DNA of 64,000 nt, from assembly GCF_963921235.1 (NCBI RefSeq), contig NC_086097.1:115756001-115820000 (forward strand), read 5' to 3'. The first letter of the stretch is position 1. The number at the start of each line of letters is the position of its first letter. Positions 1-12,707 of this stretch are shown here, piece by piece. A program made the translations under genes and the position numbers. Source of the stretch: Mobula hypostoma. Its lineage: Eukaryota. The notes under the pieces are model-generated. The model saw nothing but the letters and a program-made list of their open reading frames with translations. It had not been told where the DNA came from and did not search any database.

Positions 1-29
1 CTGCTGGGAACATAAAAAAGTTGTCAAAG

Positions 30-560
30 ATGTAGCACATGAAATATATACAGGGAAGTGCAAGTGATGCATTTTGGCAGAAAAAAATAAATGATGTTGA
101 TATTGTAATGCAGTATTCTAGAGAAGAGTGGGACCAGAACTGTATGTGTATAAATCTTTGAGAATGGCAATACAAGGGACCCTGTGCTTATTTATAAAGT
201 TGTTAAAACAAAAGAGGGAAGTTTTACTAAATACTCAAATAAAATCATTAGTAAGTCTATGGTTGGGCTACTGCATTCAATTGTTATCATCTGATGTCAA
301 GAAGTATTTGAATGTTCTGCAGAAGAGATTAATGATTTTAATCAAAGGTTAATCTGGGAAACTAGGTAGATAACTTGTTTAGGATAAAGGTTCGGGGCAG
401 ATTTGTCAGAGTTGTACACAATCATGGTAAATTTAAGAAAGGTAAATTAAACTGACCATTTCATTTGTATTCAAGGAGACATAGACTTAAATAATGGACA
501 AGTAATACAGGACAGATTTGAGGAACAAACAAAATCCAAAGTTGGACCGACCTGAAATCA
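30..560 (+). mobile_element. Highly degraded CR1 LINE RT C-terminal fragment
   Basis: gggaagtgcaagtgatgcattttggcagaaaa encodes the KCxVMHFGRK motif seen in the intact CR1 copies; downstream decayed 'LGYCIQL' similarity; many stops. Confidence 0.6.
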
Positions 561-999
561 CTGCTGGTAAGAATTACAGAAGCAGAAATAGACAAACTCT
601 TCAGTGGAAATAATTTACAGAGCGACAGGGAAACGTACAATATGAGAATGGAATGAACAGATTGCCCTATAGGGAGTTGACGCAGAGTCAATTTGTCATA
701 GCAATTCTACAATTTGCTGACAGAGGACTCAGATGATGACTTAAATGAGACAGCCTAAGTGATACAAAATCAAATGTTTAGTAAATTGGGAAGCTGGTTG
801 AAAATGACAAGGAGGAGGGTTATCTCTATATTAACAATTTGGCAAAGGGCTTGTGAAAACTCTGGCCTGTCCAATACAAGTGGTGACCTACTTCATTCAA
901 CATAATACGATGGATGATATATGGCATCACAATGCTGCAGTGGAAGCTCAGACTACTGCCGCTATCCTGCACATTGCAATGAGTAAAGGGGCTTGCAGT

Positions 1000-2108
1000 A
1001 TAGAAACATAGAAACATAGAAAATAGGTGCAGGAGTAGGCCATTCGGCCCTTCGAGCCTGCACCGCCATTTATTATGATCATGGCTGATCATCCAACTCA
1101 GAACCCAGCCTTCCCTCCATACCCCCTGACCCCTGTAGCCACAAGGGCCATATCTAACTTCCTTTTAAACATAGCTAATGAACTGGCCTCAACAGTTTGC
1201 TGTGGCAGAGAATTCCACAGATTCACCACTCTCTGTGTGAAGAAGTTTTTCCTAATCTCGGTCCTAAAAGGCTTCCCCTCTATCCTCAAACTGTGACCCC
1301 TCGTTCTAGACCTCCCCAACATCGGGAACAATCTTCCCGCATCTAGCCTGTCCAATCCCTTTAGGATCTTATACGTTTCAATCAGATCCCCCCTCAATCT
1401 TCTAAATTCCAACGAGTACAAGCCCAGTTCATCCAGTCTTTCTTCATATGAAAGACCTGCCATCCCAGGAATCAATCTGGTGAACCTTCTTTGTACTCCC
1501 TCTATGGCAAAGATGTCTTTCCTCAGATTAGCGGACCAAAACTGCACACAATACTCCAGGTGTGGTCTCACCAAGGCCTTGTACAACTGCAGTAGTACCT
1601 CCCTGCTCCTGTACTCGAATCCTCTCGCTATAAATGCCAGCATACCGTTCGCCTTTTTCACCGCCTGCTGTACCTGCATGCCCACTTTCAATGACTGGTG
1701 TATAATGACACCCAGGTCTCGTTGCACCTCCCCTTTTCCTAATCGGCCACCGTTCAGATAATAATCTGTTTTCCTATTTTTGCCACCAAAGTGGATAACT
1801 TCACATTTATCCACATTAAATTGCATCTGCCATGAGTTTGCCCACTCACCCAACCTATCCAAGTCACCCTGCATCCTCTTAGCATCCTCCTCACTGCTAC
1901 CACTGCCACCCAGCTTTGTGTCATCCGCAAACTTGGAGATGCTGCATTTAATTCCCTCATCCAAGTCATTAATATATATTGTAAACAACTGGGGTCCCAG
2001 CACTGAGCCTTGCGGTACCCCACTAGTCACCGCCTGCCATTCTGAAAAGGTCCCGTTTATTCCCACTCTTTGCTTCCTGTCTGCTAACCAATTCTCCACA
2101 CACACACC
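1000..2108 (-). mobile_element. Young 5'-truncated CR1 LINE (RT C-terminal half, 3' UTR, (TTTCTATG)n tail)
   Basis: Uninterrupted ORF 1098-2105 with [10 protein letters not shown] and FADD; tail at 1000-1022; near-identical in inverted orientation to 35400-36503. Confidence 0.95.
1098..2105 (-). CDS. CR1 ORF2 reverse transcriptase, 5'-truncated (335 aa, no true start, no endonuclease)
   Basis: Motifs QGSVLGP, KFADDTK, KCEVIHFG, RPHLEYCVQFW, RTRGHSL. Confidence 0.85.
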   Translation of the reverse strand: MCVENWLADRKQRVGINGTFSEWQAVTSGVPQGSVLGPQLFTIYINDLDEGIKCSISKFADDTKLGGSGSSEEDAKRMQGDLDRLGEWANSWQMQFNVDKCEVIHFGGKNRKTDYYLNGGRLGKGEVQRDLGVIIHQSLKVGMQVQQAVKKANGMLAFIARGFEYRSREVLLQLYKALVRPHLEYCVQFWSANLRKDIFAIEGVQRRFTRLIPGMAGLSYEERLDELGLYSLEFRRLRGDLIETYKILKGLDRLDAGRLFPMLGRSRTRGHSLRIEGKPFRTEIRKNFFTQRVVNLWNSLPQQTVEASSLAMFKRKLDMALVATGVRGYGGKAGF

Positions 2109-2369
2109 AGTTTAGCAATTTGTTTTCTAGAAGATTACTGGAACTGCTCAGCCTCTGGTACAGGACAATGGAATGCACCAAAGAATATCAGTTTGATTTT
2201 GCACTGTCTGGATGCCCTATCTCCCTTGTTCCATTCCACATGACACCACAGCCCCCCCCCCCCCAAAAAAGTAGCAGTATCCTTGCCGCAGTCAATCAAC
2301 CAGGTGCCTCCATCCATTCCCAGCTACTTAAGATCCGTCATCTTGCTAACAATCTGTCATCTCCCAACT

Positions 2370-4480
2370 TACTCTTAGGGACTCCCTCAGGATCAAGAAT
2401 GACCTGCTTCCGTTCCATTCTTGAGTGCTCTGAAGTAGCCAAAAGGCCAATAAGTCAAACCACTGACTCTTCTACAGGTGGGGCTGAGAGTGGCTGATGG
2501 GGCAGATAGATAGTTTATCAGTAGAGTGGTCTACTGCCTCTGTCACTAATCCCAGGGCTTTTGTGCGCTTCTAATTCATGGATTTGAGAAACTCAATTAC
2601 ATAAGAATACTCCTTCTGCACTTTGAGCAGGCATGGGTCCACAATCTTCAAGTCAGTGAAGATGTTGTACTTTTGTTTCAAGGAACCTTTAAGAAGACCC
2701 TTGAGCACATTTTCTTTTTACTTTATACACCTGGTCATGTTTCAGTGATAAAATTCAGAATAAAGTGTCCATTTTGGGAGTTTGGCATTTGGCATGCAAA
2801 TAAAGTGGTCTGCCTAATGGGTTTTACTGAATGCACCAGAGGCCTCAGTGCTGCTGGATATGCTGTACTCAGAGAGAAAACTGGAAATTGGTTTGCTGAT
2901 TCTTCCAATGAATATGTAAGTTCGAGGATTTTGCAGGGACAGTATTGAAAAATATTGAAAGGTCAGTAAAGAAATTGAAAGATATTGAAAGACCAACATC
3001 AAAGGCGGGCACTTAAAAACATTTGAAAGGTACAACAGTACCGGTGGTCTCTTTCCAATACCTTAAGGTATCTACTGTAGATATCCAGAACGAGGAGTCA
3101 CAGTTTGAGGATAGAGGGGAAGCCTTTTAGGACCGAGATTAGGAAAAACTTCTTCACACAGAGAGTGGTGAATCTGTGGAATTCTCTGCCACAGGAAACT
3201 GTTGAGGCCAGTTCATTGGCTATGTTTAAGAGGGAGTTAGATATGGCCCTTGTGGCTACAGGGGTCAGGGGGTATGGAGGGAAGGCTGGGGCGGGGTTCT
3301 GAGTTGGATGATCAGCCATGATCATAATAAATGGCGGTGCAGGCTCGAAGGGCCGAATGGCCTACTCCTGCACCTATTTTCTATGTTTCTATGTTTCTAT
3401 ATCAAACCGTACAGGAGGACTGAGGGTCACTACTGTCTCAGAGAACATAAGTTTTGTGTCTGTGGTTTTGATGTTCACTTCCCTTTTCTTCGATCATCCA
3501 CAGGCTGTCTGATGCATTGAAAGAGACGGTGAAATTCATTATCAGATATGTTTGTAAAGACAGGAGAAATGGTTCATATTCTCCAGGCCCTCATAATGAA
3601 TTTTCATTGTTAGAGGGATGTGTTGTATGGTAGAAATATATTGCGAACGTAGAATGTAACTCTCCTTTTAATGAGTGGTGTTGATGATGCCTCAGAGCTT
3701 AACATGTTTCACTATTGAAGTTTGGGTGACAGTAGGATGACAGATTTCCCATCTTTTCCGGAGATTAATTCCTCAGGAGCTTTCCTGAAAGTATGGCATT
3801 GCCTTGTAGGAAGAAAGTTCACAACATATGTTGAGGAATGATGCAGCTTTGTTTGATACTAGTTGTCATTGAGATTGGTCTTGTTATAGATCTCTGGTTA
3901 GAATCATGGATGGCAATGTAAAGCCAATGTAAGCTGGAGAAGAATTTCTGTAAGGAACTGAATTTGAAGAGTAGGTTTCACATCACCTCCCAGTTAATGG
4001 AATCCTAAAGTGGAAAAAGGCAAGGCATAGTTGTTGGTGGTACCAAGTGCTCTTCTCTTGGAGTTATTGCACAGTGAAGACCATGGCCATTGTCCCTCTG
4101 GATGTATGGAATAACAGGGGTACTTCGAGGAGCACTTCTTCAGCCACTGGAAGCAATCAGTTGAAGAAGAGACTTGTGATGAGTTTCACTGTGGCAATTA
4201 ATATTTTGATATGCTCCTCTTAACAAGGAAACAGTCCACACAAGGAACAGATTTCTTCAGATTCATGTTTGTAAACTGATAACCTCATGTTTCCCATAGA
4301 AAGTACAATTCCCTACATGGATCCACACCCAAGATTGTCAAGAAAACAGATATAAATGTGATCACTTGGGACCTCAAGAGTGTGCGTGATTTTACACCTG
4401 GTTCAGGATGATGGAGTAACCCTGAAGCAACTTTAATTAGAGAGAAGGTTGAAATGCTGCCGAAGCCCACATGCTAACTG
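2370..4480 (-). mobile_element. Old degraded RTE-clade LINE, interrupted by a young CR1 fragment at 3086-3398
   Basis: Minus-strand decayed peptides resembling RTE ORF2: TTSIKQSCII (cf. TGVKQGCV) near 3845-3880, VV..LLYG near 3405-3440, IYSRYLKVLERDH near 3045-3085; boundaries approximate. Confidence 0.6.
3086..3400 (+). mobile_element. Short 3' fragment of the same young CR1 subfamily
   Basis: Near-identical to 36196-36503; (TTTCTATG)n tail; candidate TSD atatc at 3081-3085 and 3399-3403. Confidence 0.93.
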
Positions 4481-5269
4481 TTGTTTTCCAGTCCCTGAGG
4501 GGAATTCACCTCCTCTGTCCATTCATTCATCCTGATGTATTCCAGCAGCACATGAAGCATAGCAGCAAGGGATTAGCATCAATTAGAGCTCCCTAGTCAA
4601 ACTGCAGGCAGAAACTTTAAGTTGCAAAAATCATTGAAACAATTCCCAGACAATTCGTGCTGGCAGATTAAAAACTGGATTAATCTAGACTAGAGAATTT
4701 CTGGGTACCTTGGCATTCATTGAGGTATTTATTTACCATAATTACCAGCAAGATTTTGTTTCTTTCTGGCACTTTATTTCTGGCGTTGAACACACCCAAA
4801 TGATTTCAACAGTTGAGCAATACTAAAAATTGTTTTAGACTGAGATTTACAAACACACTGGTCTGAAAAATGAGTTCTTATTCCCACCGAGAACAACTAG
4901 GCTTTATTAATCCTGTCTGCTCTGAAATTGCTCTGTCTGATGTTCTAAGGCTCAGGCTGCAATGTTTATTTTCACTGAAATTTGTGATCTCCTGGATCAA
5001 GTGTAGACCTGGATGCATGCCCTTAAATGCTCCATTGGGGCTTGGTCACTTTCAGGCTTCCAAGCCTCTGAATTATTACAGGCTCAATCACATCTTAAGT
5101 GTTCTGCTCACTGTTATGTTCAAAAATAAGTGTCTTTATCTGATTATTCTTCAGTAAGGAAGAGCAGCCAATGGCAGAACTTAAAATTCATTTCACATGC
5201 AGTGTTCTGGGCCTAGCACATAAATGTAGTTATGAGGAAAGCAGATCAGTGCCTCTGCTTCCTATGGAG

Positions 5270-6408
5270 TTTACGAAGATTTGGCAATACATCTAAAATG
5301 TTGAGGACCTTCTATAGGTGTGTGTTGGGGAGTATATTGACTGGTAGCATCACAGTCTGGTATGGAAATACCCAATTTACTTGAATGGAAATTGTACAAA
5401 AAGTAATGGATATGTCCCAGTCCATCATGGATAAAGCCTTTCCCATCGTTGAGCACATCTACATGGAGGATTGTTGCAGGAAAGCAGCATCCATCATCAG
5501 GAGCTCTCAACAGCCAGATCATGCTTTCCTCTTGCTGCTGCCATCAGGAAAAAAGTACAGAGGCCTCAGGATTCACACCACCAGGTTCAGGAACTATTAT
5601 TTCCCCACAACCATCAGGCTCCTGAAGCAGAGGGGATAATTTCACTCAATTTCACTTGCCCCATCACTGAACTGTTCCCACAACCTATGGGCTCACTTAT
5701 AATTACTCTTCATCTCATGTTTTCGATAATTATTGCTTATTTCAAAAACGAGAATGTCTGCAGATGCTGTAAATCCAAAGCAACACACACAGTATGCTGG
5801 AGAAACTCAGCTGGTCAGACATCATCTATGGAAGAGAGAAAATAGTTGATGTTGCAGGCCAAGACCCTTCTTCAGGACTGGAAAGAAAGGGGGAAGATGC
5901 TAGAATTAAAGTGGTAGGGGGAGAGGAAAGAGGCTAGCTGGAAGGTGACAGGTGAAGTTAAGTGGGAAGGAAAGGTCAAGGGTTGGAGAAGAAAGAATCT
6001 AATAGGAGAGATGAGTGGACCATAGGAGAAAGGGAAGGAGGAAGGGACCCAGAGGGTATTAATAGGTAGATGAGAAGAGGGAAAAGCCCAGAGTGGGGAA
6101 TACAAGAAGAGGGGAGGGGGAGGGAATATTTTTGAATCTGAAGGGGAAATCAATATTCATGCCGTCAGGATGGAGGCTATGCAGAACATTAAATATGATG
6201 ATTATTATATTTTTTTCTTTCCTTTTATATTTGCCAATTTAGTCATCTTTTGCACACCTGTTACCCGCCCTGTCAGTGCGGTCTCTCATTGATTCTATTA
6301 TGATTATTGGATTTATTGAGTATACCCACAAGAAATGAATCTCCAGGTTGCATATGGTGATATATATGTACGTCAGTCGTAAATTTTATTTGAACTTTGA
6401 ACTTTTGA
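5270..6408 (+). mobile_element. Rex1/Babar-like LINE 3' fragment with (TTTGAAC)n tail, split by a Penelope-like insert
   Basis: LLPSGKKYRGLRIHTTRFRNYYFPTTIRLL is homologous to the C-terminus at 55320-55410; tail tttgaactttgaac near 6390-6403. Confidence 0.75.
5743..6190 (-). mobile_element. Penelope-like terminal-repeat (pLTR) fragment with decayed hammerhead
   Basis: Homologous to 47036-47671 and 48618-49030; hammerhead-like motif at 5843-5880. Confidence 0.8.
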
Positions 6409-6522
6409 ATGGATATTTCCTTGGATTTCAGACTTCTATAAAAAAGAAGACATTCACTTATACCTTGGAGTATTTGCCAATTCCTTCTTATCATGCCCCT
6501 ACAGTTGTAAGAGTATTGCTTG

Positions 6523-7048
6523 TACACTCAGTAACCATTGTATTAGGTACCGAGTGTATGTTTGTAGTCTTCTTCTGCTGTAGCCCATTCACTTCAAGGT
6601 TTGACATGTTGTGCATTCAGAGATGCTCTTCTGCACAGTACTATTGTAACACATGGTTATTTGAGCTATTTTCACCTTCCTGTCAGCTTGAATCAGTGTG
6701 GCCATTCTCCTCTGATCTCTCTTGTTAACAAGGTATTTTTGCTAACAGTCACTAGATGTTTTCTGTTTTTGCACTATTTTCTGTAAACTCTAGAGACTGT
6801 TGTGCATGAAAATCCCAGGAGATCAGCAGTTTCTGAGATACATAAACCGCGCCATCTGGACCAACAATCATTCCATGTTCAACGTCATTCAGGTCACATT
6901 TCTCATGTCTTGTCTGAACAAAAATTAAATTCTTGATGATGTCTGCATGGTTTTATGTATTGAGTTGTTGCCACATGTTTGGCTCTTTAGACACTTACAT
7001 TAACGAACGGGTGTACAGGTATACCAAATAAAATGGTCACTGTTTGTA
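6523..7048. mobile_element. Non-autonomous Tc1/mariner-type element
   Basis: TA-flanked imperfect TIRs cactcagtaaccattgtattaggtac / ataccaaataaaatggtcactgtttg; interior is the reverse-complement homologue of 9846-10374. Confidence 0.75.
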
Positions 7049-7694
7049 TATTGGGATGTCTGCAGGATTGAACATTGCCTGCAAAGACCGTAGCCAAAAT
7101 ATCGCAATGTTGCTACCTGGAATACTGCAAGAAATATTGAATATGTTTTAAGAGCCCTGTGAGGAAAGGAAGGATCTGCCCCACCTCACCTGGACTTGCA
7201 AATCATCTGCTGGCTTGTATTCATCCCTTGCCCCCTTGCCCCCTTTCCCCTCCCCTCCTTCTAATTCATGGCTCCTTCTCAATTCCTTTCCCATTCTGAC
7301 GAACAGTCATATCCAGAAATGTCTTCTCTGAAGATGCCTGATGGTTGTAGAGTAATAGCGGTTCCTGAATCTGATGGGTGTGACTTAGGGCTTCTGTACC
7401 TCCTGCCTGGCGGTAGAAGTGAGAAGGGAGCATGGTCTGTGTGGCGGAGGCTCTTGATGATGGGTGCTACGTTCCTGTGGCAGTGTGGATGTGCTCAGTG
7501 GCAGGACTGGATGGACCCCGTAGGAAAGGAGGGGTCAGCAGCAGTATTTACAGGTTAAAGTGACTAAGGTGTGGCATACAGACACTCTATTAGTTTGGTG
7601 CTTTTTGTATTATGCCAACAGCAATTACATTTAACTTTGTATATGATATCACCCTTAGTGCTTATTTTCATGTTAATTTATTTGCGGTATTTGG

Positions 7695-7996
7695 ATGATA
7701 AAGATTAGCCTTATTTTCACATTTATGACAAAACATTGAACCATACCGTGAAGCGTGTCATATGTGTGCGATGTGCTGAGGGCAGTCCACAATTGTTACC
7801 ATGCGCCAACATAGCATTTCCACAATCCATGAACCCTAAACAAATGCTCTTGGGACGTGCGAGGAAAGTGGGGCACCCAGAGGAATCCCACACTGTCACG
7901 GGAAGAACACCTTACCGACAGCGAAGGAATTGAACCCCCAATCAGTGATTGCTGGCTCTGTAAAGTGATTGCGCTGACCCCTACACCTCCATGCCA
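7695..7996 (-). mobile_element. tRNA-derived SINE
   Basis: Minus-strand head with B-box-like GGTTCAATTCC (plus strand ggaattgaacc, 7926-7936); body shared with 8925-9185, 33250-33450 and 34530-34660. Confidence 0.7.
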
Positions 7997-8374
7997 TTTT
8001 AATAGACTTTTTAAATAGTTCTGATTGTGCTGTTCTGTAAGCCACATCTGATCCACCGCCCCCCCACCCTGGATCATATCCAATTAAAACAAAAATAGCT
8101 CCAGGACAATATACCTTCAGCGATCCATATCTCTGGTGATGTCAGTTTGTCCGTTCTCCCTACGATAGTGCAGGTTTTCCTGTGGATGCTCCTGTTTTCT
8201 ACCACTTCTGAAAGTTGTGCTGCTTGGTAGGTGAATTAACTATTGTAAGTTGCTATGAATTTGATGGAGTTTCAGAGAAAGGTAAAATAATTAGTGAATG
8301 GAATTGGTGGGATTGCTCTGTGGGTTGGCATAAACTCACTGGACAGAATAGCCCCCTTCTATGTTTGTGAATAT

Positions 8375-8752
8375 GTTAGTTTGTTTCCTCGTTATGTGGC
8401 ATGTCATATGACATGAGTGATGCTGGTCTTTGCATGATCATGGTTGTTTTGAGCAAAGTTTTCTACTGAAGTCATTAGCCATTGCCTTCTTCTGGACAGT
8501 GTTTTTACAAGGCAGATGACCCCAGCCATTATCAATACTCTTTGGAAATTGCCTACCTGGCATCAGCGGTCACATATCCTGTACACGTGATATGCACCAG
8601 GCGCTCATACAAACATCCACCACCTGCTCGAATGGCTTCACGTGACCCTAATCAGGGAGCTAAGCAGGTGCTACACTTTTCCCAAGGGTGACCTGCAGCC
8701 GAGCAGAGAGAAGGAGCACCTTACACCTCCTTTGATGGAGATGTATCTCCAC
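8375..8752 (-). mobile_element. RTE-related non-autonomous element
   Basis: Resembles RTE/BovB-type 3' ends (gccattgccttcttctgg..., catggttgttttgagcaaagttttctactgaag); recognised by pattern only. Confidence 0.5.
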
Positions 8753-8924
8753 GCTAAATATCTGAACATGAGCAATTGCAAACAATGTCTGCAAGCAAAT
8801 GAATCTCAGGGTGGAATATGGTGATGTATCAATACTTTGATAATAAATTTGCTTTGAAGTTTTGGACTTTTAATAATAGAAAACTTTAAAAATAGCTGCA
8901 GTTGTAGGAAGTTTTATTTTAATT

Positions 8925-9185
8925 TGATTTTATTTAGAGATGTAATGTGGAACAGGCCCTTCCAGGCCAACCAGCAGCACTGCCCAGCAACCCACCTAGT
9001 TAACCCAAGCCTAATCACAGGGTAATTTTCCTACTAACCAGTACATCTTGGGAATGTGGGAGGAAACCCACATGTTCATGGGGAGAACATACAAACTCCT
9101 TGCATTCTGCGTATTGTAATTGTGTTCCGAACTCCGACGCCCTGAGCTGCAATAACATCAGTGCTAAATGCTACTCTACCGTGGT
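8925..9185 (-). mobile_element. tRNA-derived SINE
   Basis: Shares 'gggaatgtgggaggaaacc...gggagaacatacaaactcctt' body and a decayed tRNA head with 7695-7996. Confidence 0.6.
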
Positions 9186-9845
9186 ATGATATGAAAACAG
9201 AAAATATTGGAAATACTCGACAGACTAGGCATCTCCTGTGGAGAGATGCATTTCCGGTTGATGAATGAGAATTTGGCAGTAGTAAGGACACTGTTTAGAA
9301 GGACAATGATATATCTTGTTTCTAACAGCAGATACTAATTCCGATCTGTGGGTATTCAGAGTATTAATAACTATCACAGTTGGTAGTGTTTGTAAAATCG
9401 GATGAGTAAACCAGAGCTTGATTAATCTACAAACAGATGTTCAAATTTGTAGGGTGAGAAAGTGAAAAAAGAGCATCTTCAGTTTTACCAACTGTTTTTC
9501 AGCACCTATGTGCTACTCATGATTTCAGTATTTATTGACCATCTGCCTTTTCAAGAAGGAAGTTGTGCACACATATGTTTCCAGTATGTAAACACTGGAA
9601 ATGCTTACATACATACAGGATTTTAAGCACTCCCTCAAATCATCCACCAAGCCAAAAATCTTGAATCCATGCAGATTGTAGTTTCTTAATGCGGAGCTCT
9701 TGTGAATCAATAAAACATGATATTATTTGAAAGTCCAGATGGAAATAATATCGTTATGCAATTTCCTATTAAGCTGTTGTATACTTATGTTTTTCAGCAA
9801 TCATTGAACAGTTCAATATATGGAGTAAAGTGTTGATTCGGAATT

Positions 9846-10374
9846 TACGGTCAGTGGCACGTTTCTTAGGCACATCTGTACACCTGCTCATTAATGCAAG
9901 CACCTAATCAGCAATCATGTGGCAGAAAAGTAGGCTGACACAGTCAAGTTCAGTTCAGTTGTTGCTCAGACCAAGCATAAGAATGGGGAAGAATGTGATT
10001 TAAGTGACTTTAACCATGGAATGATTGTTGGTGGTTTGAGTATCTCAGAAACTGCTGATCTCTTGGGAGTTTCACACACAAGTTTCTATAGTGCATGGAG
10101 AATGGTGTAAAAAAAATTAAAAATCCAGTGAACAGCAATTCTATGGGTGAAAACATCTTGAGGAAAATGGCCAGACTGTTTCAAGCTGACAGGAAAGTGA
10201 CCATGGCTTAAATAATCATGTGTTACAACAGTGGTGTGCAGTTGAGCAGTTCTGAATGTACAATATATCAAATTTTGAAGTGGATGGGCTACAGCAACTG
10301 AAGACCACAGACATGCATCCAGTAGCCACTTTAATAGGTACAGGAGATACCTAATAAAGTAGCCAGTGAGTGTA
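9846..10374. mobile_element. Non-autonomous Tc1/mariner-type element with an extra internal TIR copy
   Basis: ta-cggtcagtggcacgtttcttagg ... cctaataaagtagccagtgagtg-ta; homologous to 6523-7048. Confidence 0.75.
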
Positions 10375-10859
10375 TACCCATATTATTATTAAAGAACAAA
10401 ATCTTAAATGACCATACCAAGCAGATGTTCCACTTTGGTAAACTACAGGAATCAATTTGAGTAATTAGGTGCATTTGCATTAAAAGTTCCACTGAAACAG
10501 TGAACTTCACATGGAAATACTTTGTGATTCTTACACAGTATCATATACACATATTGTGGAAATGGATGCTTCAGGAATATGGACACCATGATGCTCAGGA
10601 TATGGAGTCATTGGCACAAAAGATAACTCTCTGCAATTTCCATATTTAGGATATAATTAATCCAATTAGATACCTTAATTCATCATATTTGTAGATACTA
10701 GGAAATTAGTTTGTTTTAAAATGAGATATAATCTAGTTCAGTATTATATATTTTCAGATTGAATCCTGTTCATTTTACACTGTTGTATTTCAGTTTAATT
10801 TATTGCAAAAATACTATCAATTTACTTGAGGATTGGAGTTCCTTAAGAAGCTGGAAATT

Positions 10860-11900
10860 AGTCAGAATCAGATCAGGCATACGTCATGAAATTTATTGTC
10901 TTTGCGGCAGCAGTACAATGCAATACATAATAATAGGGAAAAATGTGAATTATAATAAATATATATATGAATATTAAATAGTTAAACTAAATAAGTAATG
11001 CAAACATCAAAAACAAATTTAAAAACAAACAAGAGAAAATCTGCAGATGCTGGAAATCCAAGCAATACACACAAAATGCTGGATGAACTCAGCAGGCCAG
11101 GCAGCATCTATGGAAAAGAGTACAGTTGACTTTTCAGACCGAGACCCTTTATCAGCACTGGAGAAGACGAGGAGTCAGATTTAGAAGGTTGGGAGAAGGG
11201 AGGAAGAAACACAAGGTGATAGGTGAAACTGGAAGGGGGGGCGCAGGAGAGGTGAAGTTATATGGTGGGAGGGGGCGAGGGAAAGATGTGATTTGTGGTA
11301 GATTCCCATTGGAGATGGCAGAAGTCACTGAGAATTATGTGCTGGATGCAGGGGCTGGTGGCGTGGTAGGTGAGGACAAGAGGAACTCTATCCCTGGTGG
11401 GGTGGCGGGAGGGTGGGGTGAGGGGTGAGGGCAGATGTGCATGAAATGGAAGAGTTATGGCTAATTTTTTTTTAAAAAGTAGTGAGGTGGTGTTCAGGGT
11501 TCAATGTTCATTCAGAAATCATATGGCAGAGGAGAAGAAGCTGTCCCTGAAACATTGAGCGTGTGCCTTCAGGATCCTGTTCGTTAGCAATGAGAGCAAG
11601 GCTGGTGGTGGTCCTTAATGGCGGGTGTTGCCCTCTTGAAGCATCACTCCTTGAAGGTGTCCTGGATGCTGCAGTTATAAGTCCCCATGATAGAGCTAAC
11701 TAAGTTTAAAACTCTGCAACACACATAAAAGTTGCTGGAGAATGCAGCAAGCCAGGCAGCATCTCTGCAGCTTATTTTGATACTGTACAGTAGCCCCCAC
11801 CCCACCCTAAATACTGGATGGTGACTCAGCCAGGTAGAAAGCTCTTCAGGGTACATCTGGAGAAATTTGCGAGTGTCTTTGGTGACATTCCAAATCTCCT
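10860..11900 (-). mobile_element. Rex1-like 3' fragment carrying two Penelope-like inserts (about 11025-11460 and 11719-11762)
   Basis: gaagaagctgtccctgaaac...tgtgccttcagg and gtctttggtgacattccaaatctcc match the other minus-strand Rex-like copies. Confidence 0.65.
11025..11460 (-). mobile_element. Internally deleted Penelope-like element with decayed hammerhead (11123-11160)
   Basis: Terminus homologous to 47036-47170; 11320-11455 homologous to PLE ORF region 49440-49580. Confidence 0.8.
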
Positions 11901-12087
11901 CAAGTTCTGATATGCTCTAGCAAACTTCTACAGATGTACCATTGACAGCATTCTAACTGGCTGCACCACAATCTGGTATGGAGAGAACTCTGATTGCTGA
12001 ATGGATAATGAACCTATGAACACTACCTCAATATTTTTGTACTATAAATATATATATAAATATTAAATATACAGATACATACACACA

Positions 12088-12707
12088 CAGTGGATTCCAG
12101 TTAATTGGGACACATCAGGACCTGTACATTTTGGCCCAGTTAAGTGGCTCCTCCTAGTTAGCAGAGGTTTCATGGAAACAGTTAAAAAGGTATAAAAAGA
12201 CAAATTGCCATTTCACCGAGTAACAAATAATTTATTTAAGTGAAATGCAGAACAAATTAGAATACTACTAATATTACTGCAGTACTATAGAACTGTGTAT
12301 CCAATGAACGAGACCGTGTTCTTTTGATTGACTGTAAGTGGACAAGATCAGCACCGACTCCTGGTGGTCGATTCTAGACTGCCTTCTTTGCCTTCCTGCA
12401 TTAAGTAGAGTCATAATCCAAGGTTCAAGGCATCAAAAATCACTGTGCTTTGAATTGGCATCCATCGGCCCAGATGGATAATATTACACAAGCACATGGA
12501 ACTGAAGCTATTTAAAAACTGTTGGCTCTAAGCATGGTGCAGTGTCTAATGCCCACACAAGTGCACGACTGACACTAATTCAAAACTCTTTGGCCACAGA
12601 CACAGGGAATCCTGGCTATTTTCTCGATTAGCTTTTGTTCTTTAAGAGTTGTCCCAAATAAATGGCCAGTCTGATTAATGAATGGCCCAATTAACCGGAA
12701 TCCACTA
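12088..12707. mobile_element. Tigger/pogo-like MITE
   Basis: 22-bp TIRs cagtggattccagttaattggg / cccaattaaccggaatccacta (2 mismatches) in a TA-rich context; no ORF. Confidence 0.8.

Noticed and set aside
1480..2115. Plus-strand ORFs 1480-1761 and 1780-2115 (also 35319-36143, 40870-42003, 53048-53344)
   Set aside because: Antisense shadows of LINE RT frames; they recur wherever the LINE recurs.
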